Shown here: positions 1-10,451 of the stretch, one piece after another
How the letters are laid out: each line of letters opens with the position of its first letter
How positions within the stretch are numbered: the stretch's first letter is position 1
From: Octopus sinensis
Lineage: Eukaryota
Assembly (NCBI RefSeq): GCF_006345805.1
Contig: NW_021832231.1
Location: 62,001-126,000, forward strand
Direction of reading: 5' to 3'
Length of the DNA: 64,000 bases
Program-made: the position numbers and the translations under genes
Notes under the pieces: generated by a model
Databases searched by the model: none
The model's input: the letters and a program-made list of their open reading frames with translations, nothing else
Told to the model about the DNA's origin: nothing

Positions 1-450
1 CTGACATACACTGTGTGCGGGACTCCCACTTATGTGGCCCCCGAAATCCTCAAGCAAGTGGGGTATGGCGTGGAAGTGGACTGTTGGGCACTGGGGGTCA
101 TTTGTTATCTGTTCATTGTGGGGTTCCCTCCCTTCCGTTCTCCCGACGGGCGGCAGACTGGTCTGTTCGATCTGATAAAGCGGGGGACTTTTGCGTTTAT
201 GAGGCCCCACTGGGACTCGGCTGCATCCTGTAGGCCACTCATTTCACGTGCAGCTGTCAAGGATTTGATATCCCATTTGCTGAGGACGGACAGACACAAA
301 CGGTTCAAGGCGATCGACGTGTTGTGTCATCCTTGGATACTGTCCCGGGGCAACAGTGTCGACCTCCCCGACCGACTAGACGTCCTCAGGTCACAGAGCA
401 GACTCGCGTTGGAAAGGGAGGCACTCCAGGCCAATCAGTTGATAGTCTAA
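1..450 (+). CDS. Doublecortin-like/CaMK-family Ser/Thr kinase, 3' part (truncated by window edge)
   Basis: TVCGTPTYVAPEIL..GYGVEVDCWALGVICY..GFPPFRS..LF..HWD..KDLI..HPW; in-frame 24-nt intron 230-253 (GTAGGC..GCAG); stop at 448-450. Confidence 0.8.
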   Translation: MTYTVCGTPTYVAPEILKQVGYGVEVDCWALGVICYLFIVGFPPFRSPDGRQTGLFDLIKRGTFAFMRPHWDSAASCRPLISRAAVKDLISHLLRTDRHKRFKAIDVLCHPWILSRGNSVDLPDRLDVLRSQSRLALEREALQANQLIV

Positions 451-580
451 CTGCTTTTAATCGATTTGTAATTTACTGAGAGGTACATTGGGGTACATTA
501 ATGATCACTAATGACCTATTGATGTGCCACAAATAACCACTAATTAGTCCCATGCGGGATGTACAATTATATAAGAAAGC

Positions 581-3030
581 ATGTCCACCACCCCCACGAT
601 GAGGACGAGGCCGACGGTGGGCAATCTTGGACTGCGCGCGCCTCAAAACACCTTCCTGGACGAAATAATCTCCCGATTCGACAAGAAAGGTGAATGTGTG
701 AGTTAGCAAAGATGTCATGATCATCCTCGGAAACCAGAACTTGCCCGGCTGCCCTTTCGTCCACTGCAGCAAAGCATTCAGCACTTTTTTCGGATATAAA
801 AAAGAAGAAATCATTGGGCAAAGTCTGTTCAGAGGATTCATTTCCGGCAACTTGACCGACCAGTCCAAAGTCCGAGATATAAAGGACTGTCTGGATGCCA
901 ACCGGGGCATAAAAGTATCTCTGATGCTCTACACGAAAAGCGGTGGGTGTTTGTGGTTACCTGTAGGCCGCAGTCTGTTCTTCTCCGTGGAAATGTCGCC
1001 CGTGTCCGACGTGGGCAACAACCCGATCTTGTACCTGGTCACATTCCAGGAAATGAAATCCAAATATTCGCAAAACAGTTCGTCGCGTATTGCCTTCCCT
1101 CATCTGCGTAGACCGGAAAGTTATGCGGTCACTTCGATGCAAGTTTTCCAAGACGAACCCCAACCTGAAGCCCTCAGTGCTCTCGGTGGTGGGTGTATGC
1201 AACAGGCCTAGTTGATGAACTTGAACGACGAGCCACTCCCCAAGTATCGCGTGGAGGTCCCGAAGAGTGGGTCGTTCATAATCCTGCACTACTCCAATTC
1301 CAAAACGTCGTGGGACTGGATTATCCTCCTCCTGACTTTCTACACGGCCATCATGGAACCGTTTTACGTCTCATTCAACTTTGGACAACGCAACCTGGGG
1401 ATTATCATTTCCGACTTGATTGTGGACGCCATCTTTTTTGTGGACCTCGTTTTGAACTTCCGGACAACCTTCGTGGACGGCAATGGGAAAATAATATCCG
1501 ACCCGAGACTGATTCGACGGAATTATTTCAAAACGTTTTTCATAATCGACTTGTTGTCGTGTCTGCCATACAACGCCATCCAACAGACCAATCTCAGTAA
1601 CAGGGTTTGTGTCTCCTCTCATTCTGCAAGGGGGCAGAACTCCTGGCCCTCCTCAAAGTGGCCAAAATGCTGCGCCTCCTAAAAGTTGCCCGAAAGTTGG
1701 ATCACTACTTAGAATATGGGGCGGCAGTGCTGGGAATCCTCATTTGCCTGTTTTTGCTGACCGCCCATTGGTTTGCCTGTATTTGGTACGTCATCGGGAA
1801 ACAAGAACTGGAGCGCAATGTCACCTATGGCTGGCTCTCCAAGGTGCGGGCTGAGACCAAAACAAGTATTCCTGTGTGTGACAGAGCAGACCACCTGGGA
1901 ATGAGCTATTTGTCTGCCCTGTACTACACCATGACTTGCATGACGAGCATCGGCTTCGGGAACATTGCCCCCACCACGATGAGTGAGAAAGTATTCACCA
2001 TTTTCATGATGATTATTGGATGTTGGTGTCCGTCCTCATTCCTAGCTCTCCTCTACGCCTCCATCTTCGGCAACATCACCACCATCTTTGCACAAATATA
2101 CTCCACCACCGCCCGCTTCCAAAACATGATGAAAAACGTCCGCCAATTCCTCCACCTCCACGAAATACCCAAAGACCTGTCCGTCAAAATAATCGACTTT
2201 ATGGTCTCCACCTGGTCCACCGAAAAGGGAATCAACTCGGATAAGGTTTGCTTGGTCACCCAACTCAGATCATCAAATGCTGTCCCAGGAATATCCAGCG
2301 CGACATTTATTTCTCCATGTTCAGGCCAACTCTCGTCAACAAGACCATCTTCTCCAACGTCGACGACGAGATCCTCAAAGATCTGGCCTGCAACATCTCC
2401 GTCTATCGGGCCAGTCCTGAAGAGATTTTGTGCAATAGTTCCGAACAGGTGCCCAACATTATTTTCATCATCGCCGGGTCCGTTGAAATTGTGCAAGACG
2501 GCAAAATTGTGGCAATTCTGAGTTATGTCACTCACTAACTGGTAGACGAGGACGACAGTTTCGGCTGCAGTCTGTCCAAGTGGGACAGCACGTCCTACTG
2601 TATGGCCAAGGCAATGACATATTGCGATCTCAGAATCATTGACAAAAGAAAGATACAGGAAATATACAGAATTCGTCGACAGTTCAGCAAATTGTTGGAA
2701 CTGAAACACTTCCCGACATATGACATTGGTACGAAGGTTTCCTTTGCTTTACGAAATAAGGTGTCCGTCGATTCTACCATTGCCGAGACTGTCCCATTCT
2801 CCACTAAATTCCACAAAAACGTCCAATTTACGAAAGAGTCTATTCATCATATTTCATCTCCGCCGAATTGGTTGGAAAGAAAGAGACTGAGTAACTCTGA
2901 CACAGACGACTCCGCTGATTTGGAGGATAAAATACAAACTCTCCAAAACTCGGTGAATGAACTAAAAGATATTCTTACGCGCAATTTGGTTAATCAGGAT
3001 AAAATAATGCAATTCATTTCCAATAAATAA
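581..3030 (+). CDS. eag: Ether-a-go-go (KCNH1/5-like) voltage-gated K+ channel
   Basis: PAS-cap APQNTFLDEIISRFD; PAS domain; ARKLDHYLEYGAAVL; pore YYTMTCMTSIGFGNIAP; LLYASIFGNITTIF; C-linker/CNBHD; several 22-26-nt GT-AG introns. Confidence 0.93.
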
Positions 3031-3744
3031 CTTTTGGTTGAATGAATGAATCATGGGAACTGTTTTGTCCCATCAGCCTATCCTTTTTTGGCTGAAATAA
3101 GGCGGGGGCTATCGACTATTTTGCAAACAAGCAAGCCACGATTAAGTCTGAGCATATAGTAAAATGTTCGAGTTACGACTAATTGGCATCAATTATAAAG
3201 GTCAGAGAAAAGACGCAAAATGGGAGAAAAACAAGACCCTGGAAATTAAATTTCGTCGTTATCATATTATTACTGCTGCCGCACAATCGTTTTCCGTCCC
3301 CACTCGACTGCTCCAGCAGGTGGAAAATCCTGTCCACTGTAGACCGACTTGATTTCGAGGGAACTGTCAGAGTGCCGTCTGAACGATGCAGCCTCCTTTT
3401 CTTCCTATTATCTTTAGCCGTACTATCTTCCTCGTATTAGGGACGCAGTCTCAGTTCGCTAAACGCAAATCCGCCGTTTAAACTGCGGCAAAGTAACAGG
3501 TATTGAGCTCAAAGTGCCAGTAATGGTGTCTAAACTTGTTCCAAGATCTGGAGTAGACGCTCCTTCAAATTAGGCACCCTTGTCCTAAACATGTGCTCTA
3601 AAAGTGCTGACTTTGCTTCTGGCTACTGCCTGTTCAATTTGACTGTCGATTACAAATGGCATAAATGAGTGGATTATTATTGGACAAAGTGAGGGGACAA
3701 CAGGGGTGGGTCAACTCTTACATCAGTTAGGTTAATGATGTTAG

Positions 3745-4131
3745 TTAAAGTCTCCCAGCGTAGAAACGAGTGAGGAAATCGGGTTTGAGAGTCGTCCTCT
3801 CAATATTGAAATAATCCATAATATGGTGGGTCTGCTTCCACATTTCCTGCACTTCCACCAAGTCCATTTCGGCCTGCCATCACACACAGAACTACCTTCG
3901 CAATGACAATGTCGATGGCTCGGACATCCCGAATCCCCCTGTTAAGCTCGAATAAATCCCTTATTTTGGCCTTCACCTCATCCTTTGTCTTTGGCAAAAA
4001 GTATGCGCCCACTATCTCAGTCAAGTACTGCAAATACCAATAAATGGGGCAAGTCTGAGGTATGTCCGGTATAGTCTTAGAACACGTGGTTTTGTTTCGG
4101 TTATCGACCTGGAAATGACTGGTCTTGCCAT
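3745..4131 (-). CDS. NDUFA6: NADH dehydrogenase 1 alpha subcomplex subunit 6 (LYR family)
   Basis: MARPVISRSITETKPRVLRLYRTYLR..IRDLFELNRGIRDVRAIDIVIAK..WKQTHHIMDYF..DFLTRFYAGRL*; two tiny introns. Confidence 0.9.
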
Positions 4132-4340
4132 TTTTACTGCTGTGGATATTCCATGTGCGCAAGAAGAGGACATTCAATCACCACAATGTGCTAATTCAAA
4201 TGGAGTATTAATACATATTTAATTGAACTTGACAAAATTAAATCAAGTCTAAATAAAGACCGATATTTTAAGTGTCTCCTAAGGAGGGAGGATTGGTAGA
4301 TGCCAATGACGAATAATATTACTATTAGTCAGTCCTTAAC

Positions 4341-5547
4341 TCAAAAGTCGCTCTCATCCCTGTCGGATTGTTGGTTGCTTTCCTCGTCCTCCGACACGTC
4401 CTCGTATATTCCATCCGAGTCCCCCGACGTCTGATGATGAGGCAAACATACTTGGTAGTCCAACCCTCCCCCGACATCTACACAACAGTCAGTACGGCTG
4501 TGTCTGCTCAGTCCCAGCAGTGTCGGCTTGTTCTGATTCTGGCAATAACAAAACATGCATGCCTTGTTTTCGAGGACAGCCAGTCGTTCTGTGAGATATA
4601 TCAAGTTGCGGTGTTTCGTGATGTAGTCTGCGTACATGGCCGAGTATGTCGACTCGAGTTGTTCGTACTCGTCCATATACGCGGGACTACACTCCTCATC
4701 CACCACTACCGAAAGTTCTTGAGGGTTTCCAGACGCTTCCTGTTTCGCTCCAACTCGGCCTTCTTCTTGGAAATGCTGTCAGTCAGGGCTGCGAGGTCTT
4801 TCTCCGAGTGGGCGAGATGAGAACTCAGTTTGTCAATGTCCGTCTACACTCAACACAACTCTCACATTCAGGTCGCGGTTGATGGCCCTCAGACACTTCT
4901 CTGCCTCCTCAAAACTCATCTTGGAGCCCTGCACGTGTGCTCGTTTGGCCTGTGATTGTACTGACTGTGTGTCACCCTCAACTCGACTTCGTTGCTGAGG
5001 AGGTCATACAGGTGGGCCCCCGTCTTGGTGATTTGGGAGGCCATTCTTCGGATATTCTTTATTTCGTGCACCCGAATTGGTCAGTGGGAATTACTTTGCT
5101 GGAGATTTCCGAGGTTATTTCCTGGTCGTCCTCCTCCGAGTGGACTGTCCCTTTATTTGCCTGGTGGAGTTGTGTGATGGGTTTGAGGAGTTCTTTGATG
5201 CACCGCTCGTCTGCCTGGTACAGTCGTTTTGTGTTGAGTTTGATGTTGGATTTGGTGACCTGAACAGTCACAATTCGCTCACACAATAAATTCAACGGCC
5301 GTCTTGAGGAAACGGATTCGTTCTGTCTCACTCCCGAGGGAGAGGGGGATGTCGAGGATGGGGTCATATCTGGTTAGTCCTCATCACTCACTTTGTGCAA
5401 ATCCAGGCGAGTATTTCGGCCATTAGTTGGAAGTTGGGCAGTCTGAAGTTGTCATAAGACACCACTCTCGGATAATTCAGCGACTTTAGTTTTTCCACCA
5501 GTGCTGAGTAGAACGAATAATGTACCTCGTGAGTCCTGGAAGCTCAT
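4341..5547 (-). CDS. CLUAP1: Clusterin-associated protein 1 / IFT38
   Basis: MSFQDSR..LNYPRVVSYDNFRLPNFQLMAEILAW; TKSNIKLNTKRLYQAD..IKELLK; PAYMDEYEQLE; acidic tail ending DESDF*. Confidence 0.9.
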
Positions 5548-5561
5548 GATTCCATGGAAAC
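5548..5561. promoter_or_regulatory. RFX X-box immediately upstream of the CLUAP1 start codon
   Basis: GATTCC-AT-GGAAAC (minus strand GTTTCCATGGAATC), near-consensus 14-bp X-box in front of an IFT gene. Confidence 0.65.
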
Positions 5562-5841
5562 AATCCTCTTTATTTAAATAGGTCTTTTGTATAATAAATT
5601 GGCATAACGGAAGAGGAGAGGGCGTGTTATTCAGACATGGCAGTTCTCACTGTGCCCACTCTCGTCTAAGGTGATAAGACGACACTCCTCGACGTTGTTT
5701 TGGTTTCTTCAGAGTCGACGACGAGGGTCAGTAAGCCCAATGTTAATTTTATCTTAATTAATTATTTGTTTTTAAATAAACTGAACGTAAACCCGAAAGT
5801 ACGTGTCTTTGGGTAATGAATGTTTCGTGTGTTTTAGTCAA

Positions 5842-6449
5842 ATGGTGAAGAAAAGAGAAGTGGACATCAAGCAAGGGGATTTGGAGTACGACTTTGATGG
5901 TTCGAGTACAATAATGGACTACCTGACAATGTTCGTCTTTGCCGTGCTGACCACCATTTGTCCACTCTGTACGATCGAATGAACTCATCCCAGGGTTCTA
6001 CTCCCAAATCCTCATATTCGACTTGCTGTCTCTGAATGTGTATTTCCTCACATTCCCGGCACTGAGCGTGGTGGCCCTCACCGCCGCCTACCTCCGCCAC
6101 AAACGCAAATGGCGAGTTTGCACTTACAACATGCGAATTGAGGGCATCACCGTCAAACTGAGGTCGGGGGAGTCCGCCCAATCTCTGAAGAGAGAAATGT
6201 TGCCTTCCTTCTCTATATTAGGATTTTGAGGAAGGCAAACACGGTCGTGTCGCGGGAGACGCTGTTTTCTGCCATTTTCTCGTGCAATGCTGGGTATTTT
6301 GTGGTGCATATCCTGGCATCATACTTTCTGTTCTTTGGTCTCAATCTTAAATGGTGGTCTTTGTTGCTCACTTCAGGAATTTTGTGGCCGCCTATTTGTG
6401 TGCCTCCTCCTTCGCCCTCTTTCTGACTACTGGTACGGCTAAGCAGTGA
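5842..6449 (+). CDS. SSR3: Translocon-associated protein gamma
   Basis: Four TM segments; ILRKANTVVSRETLFSAIFSCNAGYFVVHILASYF resembles TRAP-gamma [22 protein letters not shown]; ends LTTGTAKQ*; 23-25-nt introns. Confidence 0.75.
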
Positions 6450-7714
6450 CGACTTTTAATTACTTATTTACTCTTAAATATGCACTCTATTTAGTTAATA
6501 ATGATTTTTTCAGTCGTTTTAGATAAATTTTGGCCTTTTTCCTGCGCTCTGACTTGTAGGTCGACCGCAAATTGCACCTTAAGTTCCACTCAATGTAATC
6601 TTCTTGGTAATGAAGGAGCCTTGCACGGCCGACAATCCTCCCATGGCACTGCGTTGTGGCCATTTGTATCTCAGTAAGGCATATTTTCATCGCCACGGAG
6701 AACACGTCTATGCGATGTTCCTCGCCGTCCCCTACTTCTGATTAGGATTTAATTATTGTTTATTAATTTGTTAATATACGTGGGTACATGTCAAACTACA
6801 TGCTTTGTAGTAACCTAAACCAGTTCGTCTGCTAATATCAGGAGTTCTGTCGGACTTCTCGGTCTTCTTAATTTCAAATATCCTGCCAAGTACAAATTCC
6901 TAAGAACTATTGAGCATTCTCATAGGTAGTCAATTGTCTTTTAATATTTCATAGCCCTTGAACTTTTTAAAGTCTGTAGAGTTTTAAAAAAATTTTGATT
7001 GAAAAAATTATTATAATCACTTTATTTAAATAATATTTCCAATGTCAAGAAAGTATAGTTGTGCTAAGCCGATTATAAAAATGCCTGATTTCTTGGATAA
7101 AAGTAAGTGTTGTGAAAAAACAAAGTCGATTTAAATAAGTTCGAAGAGTATGTTCAACTCCGAGACTCCTTTGAGGAGTATGATTGGACTAAGAACAGCA
7201 CTGTGTCTCCCGTCTGTTACATCGACAATATATTGGAATCCAAAACGAGTATGATGAGGGATATCCTCAAGTATTCCTACACTACTATTTCAGGGCTGAT
7301 GACACATGGTCAGACAATCCGGATGCTTAATATTTGTTGATTTTATTCAATGTTAATTTGAGAGTTTATTTTTAATTAAATTTGAAACGATGCATCTCAC
7401 TCTGTCCAAAATGACTCCCCTGCTGTTCCCTCAGTCTCCCCTCCTTGACCATCTCAACTCGTTTTGGGAGAATAAAGTAAAAACTGGAGGAATCACGTAG
7501 GAATACGAATGAAACCGTGAAATAGAACACCAAAACAGACTAATATAATTAGGGAATCGCATGATGAGGTCTGAGCTATCTTAGCACATAGGGATAGCAG
7601 GGCAGACGGTTACACTTATAGTCTTCCTTGTTTGTATAATCTGGTATTCGCGACTTTGTAAGAGGCGACTAATGGGTTGGAAAAAAGAAGATAAACAAAA
7701 TTTATAAATGAATA

Positions 7715-8398
7715 TTACACATCCACAAACTCCGAGGAACTGGAATCCGAACTCATCATCAAATCATTGTCTAAATTGAAAAAACGAATAAACCAAGAAG
7801 ATATTCCTTGGGATGCCTGGCAACAACATTTTCCATGTCGTCCTCAACATGGGAGTCTGATTCCGAGTCTGATAAATTTTGCAGCTTCGAGGGAAAAGAA
7901 TTCTCTGCTATTTTAACCAAATTCTCGCTTTTCTCAACGTTTTCTGGAACTGTGGGCAATATATTTTCGGCTGGGTATTTAGAGGACTGGCACAGCCTCT
8001 TTCCAGGGACAATTTGAGCACCAAATCTCTGCGACCTTTTGACGTGAATTGCACTGGAAAGGCGTTCCAAGATCAATCTTTTATTAGCCTGGTCAATCAA
8101 TATAATGCACTCTCTTGTGGTTGTGCGTTTATTTCCTTTATAAACAACACTTTCCTGTTCGGAGGCTGCGTCTGGCATGTTTACTAATGTTGGATGAACT
8201 ACAGTCACTGCTTCATCTTCCAGTTCTAAAATGCCTCGATTTTCATCCACCGAGGCAGGCTTAAAGTCGTCTACATTAATTTAGAGGGCATAAACAGCGG
8301 AGTGTGTGGTATTCCGTTTGGCACTCTCTTTTTGCGTAGAAGGAATTGCCCAGGATTAATTTGTAATTTCCGTCGGGCAGATTTTGAAAATGGTTCAT
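7715..8398 (-). CDS. EAF: ELL-associated factor (EAF1/2)
   Basis: YKLILGNSF..YHTLR|YDFKPASVD..YKGNKR..ECIILID..LILERLSSAIHVKR; ends DDLMMSSDSSSSEFVDV*. Confidence 0.88.
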
Positions 8399-8499
8399 GG
8401 CTCACCAAATATTAAATATGATATAAAATTAACTTTTGTTTAAACATGAGGATACAAATAAAATATAGGAAATGAAAAATTAAACTATATATAAACGCA

Positions 8500-8955
8500 A
8501 AATCTCGGGACGTAGATTGTGGCCGTAAAACCCCAAACCGAGATGGGCAGATTCTGTTAGAACTTTCTGAAGATTATGGCTTTCATATTCTAACGTCGCC
8601 AGTTCAAAACCACTATTCATCTCATGAGGTGATTGCTTAGAGTTATTCCTTGTCTCTGCTTCGTTAATCAACTATTGTCAATCTTGAAGACAAAATCGGA
8701 GTGATCATATACATATATCATTATGTTTTCAATTCAGAACTTACTTGGAGAAAGATGTTTTATAAATCTTCGAAAACAGACTGGGCTCTCTTCCACATAT
8801 TCATAAACATGGGGCTTGATATGAAGAAAATCGAACCAAATCAATCAATAAGACGCCTGAACAAAAATAATTCGGATTTCAGGAAACTAATTTTGGTTTT
8901 TCTGGTAACGTATTCGCCAAAAACTATCCTTAGTAAAACCAGAAAGAGTAACTAA
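8500..8955 (+). mobile_element. Degraded non-LTR retrotransposon APE endonuclease/linker remnant
   Basis: NRDGQILLELSEDYGFHILT..IGSDH-like and KTDWALF motifs, with stops and frameshifts. Confidence 0.55.
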
Positions 8956-8970
8956 TACGCGTATTCAACT

Positions 8971-9114
8971 TTTTTTATTTAACCCGAGAATCACCAACAG
9001 TTAATTAGGGTAATTAATTAGGTGATTCCAACAATCCTCAATATCTTTCTCAGCTTTTCCCGATGTTGGACTCTCGACCCAACGCAAGTCGGAACAGACG
9101 GGGAACAGTTTTCG
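8971..9114. repeat. ~145-bp dispersed repeat, copy 1 (probably a LINE 5' end on the minus strand)
   Basis: Near-identical to 30137-30282 (TCACCAACAGTTAATTAGGGTAATTAATTAGGTGATTCCAACAATCCTC..GGAACAGACGGGGAACAGTTTTCG). Confidence 0.85.
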
Positions 9115-9377
9115 AAAAGAATTGTATCGGGGTGATGTGCTTCTGGTCACTAATTGACATATTATGGTCTTTTGACAGTTGGTACTGTTCAATGGCTAAG
9201 AATCCGTATTCGACTTTAGTTCACCTAATGCTTTCCTTAATTATTTTTTATTTCTATGATTATATATTTTCTAGTTAAACTTGACTGAATTAAAAATAAA
9301 ATTTTCAAAATTATATTTTTCACGATTTTCATTAATTTCTTGTGGTTCACTTGTCTTGGTTTTAGTTTTGAGTATAG

Positions 9378-9840
9378 ATGAAGCGAAACCCACTAGTAAG
9401 CTCTTCAAGAAGAAAATCGAGGAGACGTCACTTTCAAGCGCCAAATCATATTAGACAGAAAATGATGAGCTCCTCCCTTTCTCCAGAAATGCGCCAAAAA
9501 TTCAAAAGAAGATCCCTCCCCATTCGCAGAGAAGACGAAGTTTCAGTATTTGACCATTTTGTTATAATTAAAAGATTGTCCGTGGCCGTCATCGTGGCAC
9601 TCAAAACGCCAAGGTGACTCGAGTCTGTCGGAAAAAGTTTGTGGTCTATATCGAGAGGATTCAGCGGAATAAAGTGAATGGAGCCACAGCCAATATTGGA
9701 ATACACCCCTCCAATGTTGATAATTCTGTGATTAATTGCAGCTTGTGATTACCAGGGCCAAGGTGGATAACTACAGAAAGGCTCTCATTTCTAAGAGGGA
9801 GGAAATTCCATCGGATAAGTACACGGCTGTCACTGTTTAG
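9378..9840 (+). CDS. RPL26: 60S ribosomal protein L26 (uL24)
   Basis: [31 protein letters not shown]|[18 protein letters not shown]; introns of 29 and 26 nt. Confidence 0.95.
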
Positions 9841-10079
9841 TTCATTCTCTATTAATTTTCTGGTTATTTTAATTTTTCGATGAATGTTGTAAGACGCCAT
9901 TTTTAAATGGCCTATTCATTTTACTGTAATCTTAATATTGATTACCTGCCGATATTCTCATTTTAGTGACTTCAAATTAAAGAAATATCAAAAAAGTATT
10001 AGGGAATGGGTACTTAAATATATTGCTTTGGCGGTGATCTATTACAATAAAATACATATTATTTATTTGACTAGTAACC

Positions 10080-10330
10080 AGGCACAACAATAGCCATCTA
10101 TTTAACATTTTTGACAATACTTGGCTCAGAAAGCTCAGAAAAAATCGGAGCATTTAATTTCAGACCAAAAGGAAATTCCGTGTCACTAATACTGGAGGCT
10201 GCCCTTTGGAACCTACGAGCAAAAATGGGCCAATTTCCATAAAGAATTGATTTACGCGGATGCCGTAGACTTTCTCTCTGAATACATCAGAGATACGACA
10301 GTCCCTGACTATACAACCCAAAGCGTACAG
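10080..10330 (+). mobile_element. Reverse-transcriptase remnant (RTE-like LINE)
   Basis: LEAALWNLR..LIYADAVDFLSE (degenerate YADD motif). Confidence 0.45.
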
Positions 10331-10451
10331 TTTGAATGAAGCATGTACTGAAAACGTGAATGTATTTCACAGACGATAACTACATTGGAGAATGACCCTT
10401 ATCATCAATTTTTAACATAATATTAATTAACTAATGAGTTATAGACGTCGA

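Noticed and set aside
2053-2709. Long antisense ORFs (also 11869-12570, 30369-31019, 41864-42487)
   Set aside because: They are shadows of real genes on the opposite strand, with no recognisable motifs.
3054-3101. MGTVLS start resembling the CDK5 activator p35
   Set aside because: The frame stops after about 15 codons and no downstream p35 domain is visible.
5813-5841. Unpaired acceptor before the SSR3 ATG as evidence of spliced-leader trans-splicing
   Set aside because: It pairs with an upstream GT to form an ordinary 25-nt intron (GTAATG..TTTTAG).
9001-9023. Telomere-like TTAGGG or a CRISPR-like short repeat
   Set aside because: Only about two degenerate units inside a dispersed TE repeat; there is no repeat-spacer array anywhere in the window.
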